Shown here one piece after another: positions 9,496-24,049 of a stretch of 64,000 nt of DNA. The DNA comes from an uncultured candidatus Porisulfidus sp. (GTDB taxonomy: Bacteria; Pseudomonadota; Gammaproteobacteria; Poriferisulfidales; Poriferisulfidaceae): positions 160,001 to 224,000 of the forward strand of contig CBDASZ010000002.1 of assembly GCA_965199755.1 (NCBI GenBank). Direction: 5' to 3'. The notes under the pieces were generated by a model. That model did no database searches. It saw nothing but the letters and a program-made list of their open reading frames with translations, and was not told the origin of the DNA. How positions within the stretch are numbered: the stretch's first letter is position 1; each line of letters begins with the position of its first letter. A program made the translations under genes and the position numbers.

Positions 9496-11514
9496 TCAGC
9501 TCGCCATATCCAGCGACTCCTTGAAGGTGCGATCGTGAATCGCACGCGCCTGATCTCGCAACTTCGCGGCTTCCTCAAACTCCAGATCACGCGCATGGCG
9601 ATACATGCGTTTCTCCAGATCCTTGATTCTGGCGAGCGCCTCATCCGGGCTCAATATCGGCACCGGCTCCGCCACTTTGTCGCGTCCTTTCTGACGCCGT
9701 TTGCCCACCCGCACCGGCGCGGCCTCCAGAATATCGGCGACTTTCTTTTGGATGCCGCGCGGCGTGATGCCATGCTCTTTATTGAACTCTTGCTGCCGCC
9801 GTCGTCGCCGCTGCGTCTCATCAATCGCGCGACGCATGGAATCCGTCACCACATCAGCGTACAGAATCGCCCGCCCGTGCAGATGCCGTGCAGCGCGACC
9901 AATGGTCTGGATCAAGGAACGCTCCGAGCGCAGGAATCCTTCCTTGTCTGCATCGAGGACCGCCACCAGCGCCACCTCGGGAATGTCCAGTCCCTCGCGC
10001 AGCAGATTGATGCCGACCAATACATCGAACTCACCGCGACGCAGATCCTGAATGATCTCCACGCGCTCCACTGTGTCAATGTCGGAATGAAGATAGCGCA
10101 CACGCACGCCGTGCTCGCGCAAGTATTCGGTCAGATCTTCCGCCATACGCTTGGTCAGCGTGGTCACCAGCACCCGACTGCCCATCTCCACTATCTTGCC
10201 AATCTCTGACAGCAGATCATCCACCTGGGTGCGCACATCGCGCACTTCCACGGCCGGGTCAACCAGACCGGTCGGGCGCACAATCTGCTCCACTACCTGC
10301 CCCGCATGCTCGCCTTCATAAGGGCCGGGCGTGGCCGACACGAAGACCATCTGCGGCGACATGACTTCGAATTCCTCGAATTTCAGCGGTCGGTTGTCCA
10401 GCGCCGACGGCAACCGAAACCCGTAATCCACCAAATTCTTCTTGCGCGAGTAATCGCCGCGATACATGCCGCCGAATTGCGGAATGGTGACATGGCTTTC
10501 ATCCACAAACATCAGCGCATCCTCCGGCAGATAATCCAGCAGACACGGCGGCGGCTCGCCCGCGGCGCGCCCGGACAGATAGCGTGAGTAGTTCTCAATG
10601 CCCGCGCAGTACCCCAAAGTCTCAATCATCTCCAGGTCGTAGCGCGTGCGCTGCTCCAGACGCTGCGCCTCAACCAGCGCATCTTGCGCACGCAACAGCG
10701 CCAGATGCTCTTCCAGCTCCTCGCGAATCGAGACAACAGCTCGCTTCAGCACCTCCTCCGGTGTAACGTAATGCGTCTTGGGGTAAATAGTGAGACGCGG
10801 CACATCGCGCAGGATGTCACCGGTGAGCGGATCGAAGACACGCAACCGCTCGACTTCGTCATCAAGCAGTTCAATCCGTACCGCTTCGCGGTCGGAATCC
10901 GCCGGATGCACATCAATGACTTCGCCACGCGCGCGGAAGGCACCGCGGCGCAATTCTGTTTCATTGCGACTGTACTGCATTTCCGCCAACCGCCGCAGAA
11001 TCTTGCGCTGCCCGCTTCGATCGCCCCGATTCAGATGCAGCACCATCTGGTGATAGGACTTCGGATCGCCCAACCCGTAAATCGAGGACACGGTCGCGAT
11101 GATGATGGTGTCCGGGCGCTCGAACAGCGCCTTGGTTGCGGACAAACGCATCTGTTCGATGTGGTCGTTGACTGAGGCGTCTTTCTCAATGTAAGTGTCG
11201 GACGCCGGCACGTAGGCTTCCGGCTGATAATAGTCGTAATAGGAGACGAAGTACTCCACCGCGTTGCGCGGAAAGAACGTCTTCATTTCTCCGTACAACT
11301 GCGCGGCCAGTGTCTTGTTGTGCGCCAGCACAATGGTCGGGCGCTGCACCTGCTCGATGACTTGCGCCATGGTGTAGGTTTTGCCGGAGCCGGTCACCCC
11401 CAGCAAAGTCTGATGACTCAGACCGCTGCGCAGCCCACCCACCAGCGAATCAATCGCCTGCGGTTGGTCGCCCGCCGGCGCAAATTCAGAGTGAATGGCA
11501 AAGGGGTCGCTCAT
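9496..11514 (-). CDS. uvrB: Excinuclease ABC subunit B
   Basis: [39 protein letters not shown]-terminal UVR domain. Confidence 0.99.
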   Translation of the reverse strand: MSDPFAIHSEFAPAGDQPQAIDSLVGGLRSGLSHQTLLGVTGSGKTYTMAQVIEQVQRPTIVLAHNKTLAAQLYGEMKTFFPRNAVEYFVSYYDYYQPEAYVPASDTYIEKDASVNDHIEQMRLSATKALFERPDTIIIATVSSIYGLGDPKSYHQMVLHLNRGDRSGQRKILRRLAEMQYSRNETELRRGAFRARGEVIDVHPADSDREAVRIELLDDEVERLRVFDPLTGDILRDVPRLTIYPKTHYVTPEEVLKRAVVSIREELEEHLALLRAQDALVEAQRLEQRTRYDLEMIETLGYCAGIENYSRYLSGRAAGEPPPCLLDYLPEDALMFVDESHVTIPQFGGMYRGDYSRKKNLVDYGFRLPSALDNRPLKFEEFEVMSPQMVFVSATPGPYEGEHAGQVVEQIVRPTGLVDPAVEVRDVRTQVDDLLSEIGKIVEMGSRVLVTTLTKRMAEDLTEYLREHGVRVRYLHSDIDTVERVEIIQDLRRGEFDVLVGINLLREGLDIPEVALVAVLDADKEGFLRSERSLIQTIGRAARHLHGRAILYADVVTDSMRRAIDETQRRRRRQQEFNKEHGITPRGIQKKVADILEAAPVRVGKRRQKGRDKVAEPVPILSPDEALARIKDLEKRMYRHARDLEFEEAAKLRDQARAIHDRTFKESLDMAS

Positions 11515-11589
11515 CTCACAAATATGATGCGGTCAAGCCATTCAGTATAAACGGCAGTGGAGTACACTATGCGCGCTCGGAGACTCGAC

Positions 11590-12763
<1,174 letters not shown>

Positions 12764-12771
<8 letters not shown>

Positions 12772-13636
12772 GCACTCCTCCACTCCCGACTGGTGGAAGC
12801 TGGAGGACACGCCAGCCTGGAGAACGTGGCGAGAACAGTACTTAAGCCGCAGTGCGATTCAATACACTCCGGTCCCTCTTGACAATCCCGCACAACTGAG
12901 CTCCTCCGAAATCGAGGCGCTGCAGACACGCATTCAGACCAGCGGCGTCGCGCTGTATCAAACGGAAACTGATCCCGGAGAAAACACTCTGCTCGCGCTT
13001 GGTGCGCAACTCGGCCTGCGCGAGATTGATCATCACCAATGCGCCGAAGCCTCCGGCGTGGCGCGCCTGAGTGTCCGGGGGGACGTAGCGAGCCGATTCA
13101 TCCCTTACACCAGCAAACGCCTGCGCTGGCATACCGATGGCTACTATCAGGGCGACACCACACCGATCCGCGCCTTCCTGCTGCACTGTGTGCGCCCGGC
13201 TGAAGAAGGCGGCAGCAATCACCTGCTCGATCCACGCGCCCTGTATATCGCTTTGCGTGATGAGAACCCTGAATATATTGCCGCGCTCAGCCGTCCCGAC
13301 GTCTTCGAGGTGCCCCCCTTTGTCGAAAACGGTGTTGAGAAACGCCCGGCCACGCAAGGCGCAGTATTCGCGCTTGACGATGGCCATCTGTACATGCGCT
13401 ATACCGAGCGCAGCGTCAATATCCACTGGCGCAATGATGCGCACGCCGCGCTGGCGCGCATCCATGAACTGCTCAATGAATTGCCACAGGCGCGGCGAGA
13501 ACACAAACTGGAGTCTGGCTGCGGACTCATCGCCCATAATGTATTGCATTGCCGCAGCGCCTATACCAATGTTCCCGACAACCCTCGCCTGCTCTACCGA
13601 ATCCGCTACCGCGACCGGATCGTCCTGCCATGCTGA
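12764..13636 (+). CDS. TauD/TfdA-like Fe(II)/2-oxoglutarate dioxygenase
   Basis: HxD motif WHTDGYY, distal HNVLHCRSAY, RLLYRIRY. Confidence 0.85.
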
Positions 13637-13821
13637 CACTCAGTGAGCTGCTCATCCAGTACCACGACCTAGTGTCGTTTGAGGAACTCAAGGAACGCAT
13701 CGCTGAACGCATTGATGTCGGTGAGCGCTTCCTCAGTCTGGACGTGCGCCCGCCTTTCGCGGATACGCCATCGGATTGGGAGGAGCAACTGGAAAGTTTC
13801 TTCACCGCGCGTCGCCCCTGA
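13630..13821 (+). CDS. Small protein (63 aa) resembling those annotated 'sulfur relay protein DsrC-like' in sulfur oxidisers
   Basis: MLTLSELLIQYHDLVSFEEL...DVRPPFADTPSDWEEQLE; overlaps the upstream stop and abuts cas6. Confidence 0.65.
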   Translation: MLTLSELLIQYHDLVSFEELKERIAERIDVGERFLSLDVRPPFADTPSDWEEQLESFFTARRP

Positions 13822-13823
13822 AC

Positions 13824-14510
13824 ATGCTTTGGGAAGACCCGGCCTCGCCTAATCCCCCGAAGATCACCGCCGACTCGGTAGATGTCCGCTATCGCATCCG
13901 CTGCCCGGCCTTGCCGGTCGATCACGCACACGCCCTGCATGGCGCCCTGCTTGCCGTGTGGCCGTGGCTGGAGGAGGACGAACGCGTCGGTATTCATACC
14001 ATTCATGGTGCGGAATCCGGCAATGGCTGGATTCGCCCGGACAACCCGGACAGTTATCTGCCTCTGTCGCGGCGTACCCGTCTGGTGCTGCGCCTCCCGC
14101 GCGAGCGGCTGCAAGCCGCGCAGGAACTCCGCGGCACCACCTTGCATCTGGGCGCGGACACGCTGGAGGTGGGTGACGCGAACTTGCATCCATTGCAGGT
14201 GCATGAGACGGTGTTCGCGCGTTACATAGCGCTGGAATCCGAGCAGGAAGATGATTTCCTGCAGCAATGCGCCGCACTGTTGAACGAACAGGGCATTGAC
14301 GCGCCACGCATGCTGGCGGGACGCGCGCATACGGTGGCCTGCGGCGAGACGCCGTTGCACTGCCGCAGCCTGATGCTCGACGGTCTGAAACCGCAAACCT
14401 CGATACAGTTGCAGGAACAGGGACTGGGCCCGCATCGACTGCTGGGCTGCGGGCTGTTTTTGCCGCACAAAAGTATTGCGCCAGTCGGCTCGGCAGCCGA
14501 TCTGGAATAA
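13824..14510 (+). CDS. cas6: Orphan Cas6 (type I-MYXAN Cmx6-like RAMP protein)
   Basis: LPVDHAHALHGAL, VGIHTIHG, C-terminal Gly-rich loop QEQGLGPHRLLGCGLFLP. Confidence 0.85.
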   Translation: MLWEDPASPNPPKITADSVDVRYRIRCPALPVDHAHALHGALLAVWPWLEEDERVGIHTIHGAESGNGWIRPDNPDSYLPLSRRTRLVLRLPRERLQAAQELRGTTLHLGADTLEVGDANLHPLQVHETVFARYIALESEQEDDFLQQCAALLNEQGIDAPRMLAGRAHTVACGETPLHCRSLMLDGLKPQTSIQLQEQGLGPHRLLGCGLFLPHKSIAPVGSAADLE

Positions 14511-14550
14511 GTCCACAACGCCATCATCTGCTAGAATAGCCGCCACATAA

Positions 14551-14600
14551 CCTCCTTGCTCCACCGCTATAACGGGGAGCTGGCAAACCACAGGGAGCTC
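14551..14600 (+). promoter_or_regulatory. Putative S6:S18 ribosomal protein leader (autoregulatory RNA)
   Basis: CTCCTTG can pair with the RBS-containing CAGGGAG, with an internal GCTCC/GGAGC hairpin; TAGAAT -10-like box at 14532. Confidence 0.5.
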
Positions 14601-14604
14601 TCTG

Positions 14605-15117
14605 ATGCGACACTACGAAATCGTGTTCATGGTCTATCCGGACCAGAGCGATCAAGTCCCCCAAATGATCGAGCGCTACGGCGACATCGTGAAGCGCGAC
14701 GGCGGCCAAGTCCACCGCGTGGAAGATTGGGGTCGCCGCCAACTGGCCTATTCCATTGACAAGCTGCACAAGGCGCACTACGTGCTGGTGAATGTCGAGT
14801 GCACCAGCGAGGCGCTGGATGAAATCCAGCATTCGTTCCGCTTCAATGATGCCGTGCTGCGCAATCTGATCATCCGCCGCGACGGACCTATCACCGATTC
14901 CTCGCCGCTGATTAAATCCGCCGAAGAAAACGAGGAAGAGGACAAGGGACACTGGAATCAGACCCCCGACGCCGACGCCCCGGCAGCTGCCGAGACCGCA
15001 GAGACCTCAGGCGATGAGAGCGCTGAGGCGGCAGAGACCGTGGAAGAAGCGGCTGAGGCCGCGTCCGAGTCAGAGACCGAACCCCCCGAATCCGAATCAC
15101 CCAAGGCCGAATCATGA
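14605..15117 (+). CDS. rpsF: 30S ribosomal protein S6 with long acidic tail
   Basis: [28 protein letters not shown]. Confidence 0.98.
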   Translation: MRHYEIVFMVYPDQSDQVPQMIERYGDIVKRDGGQVHRVEDWGRRQLAYSIDKLHKAHYVLVNVECTSEALDEIQHSFRFNDAVLRNLIIRRDGPITDSSPLIKSAEENEEEDKGHWNQTPDADAPAAAETAETSGDESAEAAETVEEAAEAASESETEPPESESPKAES

Positions 15118-15353
15118 GTACCGCAAGTCCCACGACCAACCCCAAGCGCAACCGTACGCGGCGTTTCCAGCAGCCGGAGCCGCCGGAGATCGACTACAAG
15201 GATCTGGAGTTGCTAGAAGATTACCTCACCGAGACCGGTCGCATCATGCCAGCCCGTGTCAGCGGCACCCCCGCGCGCTTTCAGCGCCAGTTGTCCACGG
15301 CGATCAAACGCGCCCGCTTCCTCAGCCTGCTGCCGTACTGCGACAACCACTAA
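15114..15353 (+). CDS. rpsR: 30S ribosomal protein S18
   Basis: [29 protein letters not shown]. Confidence 0.97.
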   Translation: MSTASPTTNPKRNRTRRFQQPEPPEIDYKDLELLEDYLTETGRIMPARVSGTPARFQRQLSTAIKRARFLSLLPYCDNH

Positions 15354-16264
15354 TGGCCGCCGCACTGGGCCGCTTCCTGCTCGGACCTCCCGCCCCGATC
15401 ATCGGAGTGCTGGTCACCGCACAGTTGCTGGCCGTTTATGTGCCCGGACTGCTGCTCGGGTTTCTGGTGGTCGCTGTGGCTTCCGCGTTTGTGTTTCTGA
15501 GCCGCCCCTATCAGGAGGCCGGCAGCATCCTCGCGATCAGCTGGGCACTGTACGCGCTTGCGATGGTCGTCCTGATGGATGATGTCTCCGCAGCCTTCCT
15601 GCCACTCGCATATCTGTTGACACCCGCCGTGCTGGCTTTAATCCTGCGCCAAAGCGGCTCGCTGGCGCTGGCGATTCTGAGCGGCTACGGCTTTGGCTGG
15701 GCAGCCGCCGTACTGTTGGGTTCCAGTATTCCCGGCCTTGAACAAGGCCTGGCCGAAGCAGCAGAACGATGGGGAGAGATGGCCGGGGAAGCCCGCCAGC
15801 CGGAACCCGTGATCGCCATGTTCGAGACCATGATCGTCCGCGCCGGCATGGAATTGGTGATGGCCTCGACCATGACCCTGCTGGTCCTGCTGCTATTCAC
15901 CGCGCGCAGTCTGCAAGGCGTCACCAGCGGCAAACCGACGTTCCGCGCCGAGTTTCGCGCCCTGCGTTACGGCTATGCGGCCGGTCTGGCATTCTTCGCC
16001 GTACTGCTGTCGCTGTGGTGGCAACCGCATTCAGCATGGCTGATGGGGCTGATGCTGACCTTGCTGATGGTGTTTGTGTTTTCCGGCATTGCGCTGGCGC
16101 ATCGTGTGGCTGACCGAATCCGCCACCCGCTGGTCTTGCTGGTGCCGTTTTATGTGCTGCTGATCGGCCTGCACCAGGTATTTTTGCTGGTCGCCACGAT
16201 TGGCGCGGTAGACAATGTGACAACGTTGAGTCGCCGGCTGATGCCTGACTCCGGTGCCCACTGA
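15353..16264 (+). CDS. Integral membrane protein (DUF2232-like) between rpsR and rplI
   Basis: Many hydrophobic segments, FRAEFRALR motif, conserved position; TAATG overlap with rpsR. Confidence 0.75.
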   Translation: MAAALGRFLLGPPAPIIGVLVTAQLLAVYVPGLLLGFLVVAVASAFVFLSRPYQEAGSILAISWALYALAMVVLMDDVSAAFLPLAYLLTPAVLALILRQSGSLALAILSGYGFGWAAAVLLGSSIPGLEQGLAEAAERWGEMAGEARQPEPVIAMFETMIVRAGMELVMASTMTLLVLLLFTARSLQGVTSGKPTFRAEFRALRYGYAAGLAFFAVLLSLWWQPHSAWLMGLMLTLLMVFVFSGIALAHRVADRIRHPLVLLVPFYVLLIGLHQVFLLVATIGAVDNVTTLSRRLMPDSGAH

Positions 16265-16282
16265 ACTTTTTGGAGAGAAGCC

Positions 16283-16810
16283 ATGGAAATTATTTTGCTT
16301 GAGAAAATCCCACGACTGGGTGAATTTGGAGACGTGGTCAAAGTCCGTCCCGGCTATGCCCGCAACTACCTGATCCCGTCTGGCAAGGCCAAGTTCGCGA
16401 CTGAAGAAAATCGCGCCGAGATCGAACAGCACCGAGAGGAATTGCGCCAGCAAGAACTTTCATTGCTGAGCACCGCCGAGGAACGCGCCAAAAGCATTGA
16501 CGGACTGGTGGTCAGCGTCTCGGTCGAGACGCATGAAGATGGCCGCATCTTCGGATCGGTCGGGGCCAATGACATCGCCCGCGCCATTGCCGAAGCGGGC
16601 GCGGATGTGCAGCGTCACGAATTGCGCCTGCCAGATGGCCCGCTGCGCGATCTGGGCGAGCACGAGGTGGACGTTCACCTGCACGCCGATGTAGACACCA
16701 CGGTGAAAGTTCTCGTCTCAGCGAGCGATGTGATCGCGACCGAACTCATTGAGGAAGAAGAGCCGGAAGCGGAAGAGTCGGACGAAGACGCGGAGACCAC
16801 CGCGCAATAA
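16283..16810 (+). CDS. rplI: 50S ribosomal protein L9
   Basis: MEIILLEKI, VRPGYARNYLIP, GRIFGSV. Confidence 0.98.
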   Translation: MEIILLEKIPRLGEFGDVVKVRPGYARNYLIPSGKAKFATEENRAEIEQHREELRQQELSLLSTAEERAKSIDGLVVSVSVETHEDGRIFGSVGANDIARAIAEAGADVQRHELRLPDGPLRDLGEHEVDVHLHADVDTTVKVLVSASDVIATELIEEEEPEAEESDEDAETTAQ

Positions 16811-16850
16811 CATGGCTGAGACGCACGCGCGTCTCACCCATCCAATCAGC

Positions 16851-16967
16851 TTATCCACACCCTTACAGCACTGCTGTTGGGGGCTTTCGCCCTGCCTGAA
16901 TGACTTGTCCGCAGTTATCCACTTCTTGTCCACAGTTTGCTCCAGACTTGTCCGCATCTTATGCACG
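16851..16967 (+). promoter_or_regulatory. Cluster of co-oriented DnaA-box-like 9-mers upstream of dnaB
   Basis: TTATCCACA 16851, TTGTCCGCA 16905, TTATCCACT 16915, TTGTCCACA 16926, TTGTCCGCA 16948, TTATGCACG 16959. Confidence 0.75.
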
Positions 16968-17057
16968 ATCTATTCCATTGACGGCATGCCGTCCACCCTA
17001 TAAAGTAAGGTCTAGTTCAACGCCGCCGCCCGCACCGCCTCACGCCCCCTCAAAATC

Positions 17058-18572
17058 ATGCCAGACACCCCAGACCTCAACGACGACTTCCTCAGCGACG
17101 AGATCGACACCGACTCAAGCCCCTCGCCTCTGCATCCCAACGAGGCGGAGTGCGCCGTGCTCGGCGCGCTGATTAACGACAAGGCCGCCATCGACCACAT
17201 CGGAATTCTGCACCCTGAAGACTTCAGCGAGGCCATGCACCGAGTGATTTTCGGGGTCATCCAAAAACTGGAGCAAAGCGGCAAACTGGTCGACCTGATC
17301 ACGCTCTCGGATGCCCTGCGCCGCCATTCGGACTTCCATGAATATCCCGAATTGCTGGACTACACCCGATGGGTCACGGACGAAAACTTCAGTTCCGAAG
17401 GCGTACAGCACTACGCCAATCTCATTCGCGACCACGCCACCCAGCGCCGACTGCGCAGCGCCTGTAACCAGATTCGCGCCATCACCAATGATCCGAAAGG
17501 CCGGGACGCCGCCGAACTCATCAATGTCGCGGAAGCCCTCATCCACGGCGTCTCGCAAACCGAACAGCAAGGCCGGGATGATTTCAGAAAAATCAGCCAT
17601 GCCGCCCAAACGGCCATGGCGGACATTCAGGAACGCTATGAGTGGGCTCAGGCGCACCCCGGCAAAACTCCGGCTTCCGGCGCACCAACTGGATTTGGCT
17701 ATTTTGATACCCAGACTTCCGGCATGCAGCCCGGAGAACTGGTGATCCTCGCGGGCAAGCCCGGCATGGGCAAGACCTCTCTAGCCATGACCATCGCCTC
17801 CAACATTGTGGCCGGCAACACTCCCGGTACCGAAGATGCCGTCGTCGGGATCTTCAGCATGGAGATGTCCGGTGAGCAGTTGGCCAACCGCCTGCTCGCC
17901 ATGATGGCCGGTGTCAATCAGAAGAAACTGCACAAGGGCAATCTGGAAGATGCCGACTGGACCAAGATTGAATCGGCCTACAGAATGCTCGATGGGCCTA
18001 ACCTTTATATTCAGGAAATGCCCCACGCCACACCGAGCTTCATTCGCCGCACTGCACGCCGGCTCAAGGCGCAACACCGAAGCGAAGCACACAAGGAAGG
18101 ACGGCTTGACCTGATCATCATTGACTACCTGCAGCTGATGCCGACCGACCAGCAGCGGCGAGACAGCAACCGAAACGCGGAGTTGTCGGTCATCACGCGC
18201 GAACTCAAGTCGATTGCCACCGAACTGAAAACTCCGGTGCTGTGTCTGTCGCAGCTCAACCGTCAGGGCTCAGGCCGGGATGCTGGCGAGGCTCCCAAAC
18301 TGCAGGAACTGCGCGACTCCGGCGCGATTGAGCAGGATGCCGATCTGGTGATCTTTCTATACGAGGCGGCGCAAGAAGACGGCGAATCTGAAAACGCCGA
18401 CATCTGCGATACCATTCTGGAAGTCGCCAAAAACAGAAATGGACCGACCTTCCGAATGGAGTTGATCTTCACCAAGAGCCTGACGCACTTCCTGCCCAAG
18501 GCACCTGAGGCGTACGACGTGGAAGTGGTCCGGTTCGGCAAGGTCCGCGGCTTTGAGGAAGAAAACAGGTGA
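17058..18572 (+). CDS. dnaB: Replicative DNA helicase
   Basis: AGKPGMGKT, FSMEM, IIIDYLQLM, LSQLNR, LRDSGAIEQDAD, KNRNGP. Confidence 0.98.
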   Translation: MPDTPDLNDDFLSDEIDTDSSPSPLHPNEAECAVLGALINDKAAIDHIGILHPEDFSEAMHRVIFGVIQKLEQSGKLVDLITLSDALRRHSDFHEYPELLDYTRWVTDENFSSEGVQHYANLIRDHATQRRLRSACNQIRAITNDPKGRDAAELINVAEALIHGVSQTEQQGRDDFRKISHAAQTAMADIQERYEWAQAHPGKTPASGAPTGFGYFDTQTSGMQPGELVILAGKPGMGKTSLAMTIASNIVAGNTPGTEDAVVGIFSMEMSGEQLANRLLAMMAGVNQKKLHKGNLEDADWTKIESAYRMLDGPNLYIQEMPHATPSFIRRTARRLKAQHRSEAHKEGRLDLIIIDYLQLMPTDQQRRDSNRNAELSVITRELKSIATELKTPVLCLSQLNRQGSGRDAGEAPKLQELRDSGAIEQDADLVIFLYEAAQEDGESENADICDTILEVAKNRNGPTFRMELIFTKSLTHFLPKAPEAYDVEVVRFGKVRGFEEENR

Positions 18573-19669
18573 CCCGCCCGGCACGAGTTCGTATCTCTCG
18601 CCGAAACCTGCTGCATAACGCCCGCATCGCGCGACAGTGCGCACCGGACAGTTCCCTAATGGCCGTCATCAAGGGCGATGCCTACGGCCATGGCGCGGCA
18701 TTGTGCTACGACACCTTGCGCGACGTCGCCGACAACTTCGCGGTCGCCACCATCTCGGAGGCACGCGCCCTGTTCGAGGCGCTCGATTCGGATCTTCCCA
18801 AACTGACCATCCTGCATGGTGCCGGGTGCGCTGATGACCTCGCCTTCGCCTTGCAGCACGGCTTAGACCTGGTCCTGCCCGACCATCGGCAACTGGCGCT
18901 ATGCGAAGAGTCCCGCCTGCGGCCCCCGCGCCCGATGCGATTGTGGCTGAAGGTCAACACCGGCATGCATCGTTTGGGGGTGAACCCAGATCAGGTGGTG
19001 CCCGCCTTGCAGCGCATCGCCGCGCTCAGCTGGAGCGAAAAGCCGCTGGGCCTGATGACTCATCTCGCCTACGCCAGTGCTGCCGACGGGGCGGAAGCCA
19101 CCTACGCACAACTCGAACAATTCGAGGCGGCCTGCGCACAACTGCGCGAGGAGGCTCCTGAACTCTCCTGGGTGCGCTCCGCGGCCGCCTCAGCCGGCGT
19201 CCTCAAGTTCCCGGAAAGTCATCAGGAATGGGTCCGGCCCGGGCGCATGCTGTACGGCCCGTCGCTGGGACTGCAGAAACAAGACAGCGAACTGCACCCG
19301 GTGATGACGCTGGAAGCGCCCGTGCTGAGCATCCGCGATTGTCAGACTGGTGACCGCATCGGCTATGACGGCCTTTTCACGTGTCCCGAACCCATGCGCA
19401 TCGGCATTGTCGAAGTCGGCTACGCGGATGGCTATCCCCGCGCCGCCGGCGGGCTCGCGGATGTATTCGTAGGCGGACAACGCCGCCGCACGCTGGGGCG
19501 GGTGTCCATGGACATGATCGCGATCGACCTCAACGGCACCTCCGTCGAGGTCGGAGACTGGGTCGAATTGTGGGGCGAGAATATTCGTGTGGCGGAAGTG
19601 GCCGCGCAATGCGATACAATAGATTACGAAGTACTTTGCAACGCCGGCCATAGTTGCCGTCACGTCTGA
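18569..19669 (+). CDS. alr: Alanine racemase
   Basis: AVIKGDAYGHG, KVNTGMHRLG, GYADGYPR, GRVSMDM. Confidence 0.97.
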   Translation: MTRPARVRISRRNLLHNARIARQCAPDSSLMAVIKGDAYGHGAALCYDTLRDVADNFAVATISEARALFEALDSDLPKLTILHGAGCADDLAFALQHGLDLVLPDHRQLALCEESRLRPPRPMRLWLKVNTGMHRLGVNPDQVVPALQRIAALSWSEKPLGLMTHLAYASAADGAEATYAQLEQFEAACAQLREEAPELSWVRSAAASAGVLKFPESHQEWVRPGRMLYGPSLGLQKQDSELHPVMTLEAPVLSIRDCQTGDRIGYDGLFTCPEPMRIGIVEVGYADGYPRAAGGLADVFVGGQRRRTLGRVSMDMIAIDLNGTSVEVGDWVELWGENIRVAEVAAQCDTIDYEVLCNAGHSCRHV

Positions 19670-19868
19670 GTACGACAGGGGCTTTGTCGGGAAGTTGCCA
19701 CGCCCGACGAAGAACAACAGGGGACTAACCGAGGCGTTGCCGGAGTTAGATATGTTGGCATTAATAAATCTGTTACTGAACTCGATTATCGAGCGTCTTT
19801 GCGCTTGTTTCGGGCGTCCCCTGCGCGTGCAACAATGCCCATTTGGGCATGCACGAATCTTTTAATAA

Positions 19869-21576
<1,708 letters not shown>

Positions 21577-21604
21577 CTGGTCGCCCTGCGATTCAGCACA
21601 GATC

Positions 21605-21633
21605 AGAGGGGCGCTTCGGTGCCCCTCTTTTTT
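21605..21633 (+). terminator. Rho-independent terminator after amtB1
   Basis: AGAGGGGCGC-TTCG-GTGCCCCTCT followed by a T run. Confidence 0.85.
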
Positions 21634-21710
21634 GATGGTACACACACCATTATTGCGTCGGGGGTGTGTTAAGATGAAGGCAGACGGCGTGGTCACTGCG
21701 GCCACGATAA

Positions 21711-23364
<1,654 letters not shown>

Positions 23365-23385
23365 TCCGGGGCTGTCCCCCCTAAC

Positions 23386-23413
23386 AGAAAAGGCACCTTC
23401 GGGTGCCTTTTCT
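23386..23413. terminator. Bidirectional-looking intrinsic terminator
   Basis: AGAAAAGGCACC-TTCG-GGTGCCTTTTCT between convergent genes. Confidence 0.85.
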
Positions 23414-23433
23414 TATGCCGCCGCAAGAACCAA

Positions 23434-23655
23434 CTACTCGTCTACCTGCTCCCACTGTGTCAGATCGGCCGACACGTCAACGTCGCTGTTATCCCACACG
23501 GCATAGCCGCTTTCATGCCGCGCCACCGCTTCCGCGCCCTCCTCTGGCGCGGCATACGTCAAAGTCGGTGTGCCGTTGACCCAGAGATCCCACAAACCCA
23601 GCGGCTCGCGCTTGAGCTCAAAGGTGGCGATGTCGGCATGCAGTCGGTAAAACAT
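23434..23655 (-). CDS. Small hypothetical protein
   Basis: ORF MFYRLHADIATFEL...GYAVWD; ends at the terminator. Confidence 0.55.
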   Translation of the reverse strand: MFYRLHADIATFELKREPLGLWDLWVNGTPTLTYAAPEEGAEAVARHESGYAVWDNSDVDVSADLTQWEQVDE

Positions 23656-23698
23656 ATTTGACAGTATAGTGTTATCAGGCAAAACCGCAACATGATCC

Positions 23699-24043
23699 AT
23701 GGCACACGCATGCTGCATATTTCACGGCGTCTTCCCGGACGAGATTCGCCAAGACGGACAAACATTGGTCTCGCGCGTCCTGTTCGATATTGACTATCGT
23801 GGCACCCTGCACTCCCATCACATGGCCTACGTTATTCATGTCGATGGGGAGGAACAACCGCAAGTGACTTCAGATTTCGCGCTGCCCTGCGTCGGTCTTG
23901 CCGATGCCGTATTCGCTTATCTGGACTACGTGTTCGGGCGGCAAAGCCAGAGTATCTCGCATGGCGGGCCGAAAGGCCCCAACCTGATGGGGAATGTCAT
24001 GCACGTCACCTGGGAGACCCAACTTGAGATCCCTGATGCCTAA
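23699..24043 (+). CDS. Hypothetical protein
   Basis: 114-aa ORF filling an intergenic gap. Confidence 0.55.
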   Translation: MAHACCIFHGVFPDEIRQDGQTLVSRVLFDIDYRGTLHSHHMAYVIHVDGEEQPQVTSDFALPCVGLADAVFAYLDYVFGRQSQSISHGGPKGPNLMGNVMHVTWETQLEIPDA

Positions 24044-24049
24044 ATAGGC

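Noticed and set aside
9493-11175. Long plus-strand ORFs opposite uvrB (likewise 12842-13639, 27247-28194, 35302-36318, 37118-37969, 48952-50247)
   Set aside because: Antisense shadow ORFs typical of high-GC coding DNA; no motifs
13527-14604. CRISPR array near cas6; 354-aa minus-strand ORF
   Set aside because: No regularly spaced direct repeats seen here or elsewhere in the window; the ORF is antisense to cas6
16810-17058. oriC
   Set aside because: No AT-rich unwinding element or dnaA/gidA context, and the plus strand looks C-rich on both sides by eye; kept only as a DnaA-box cluster
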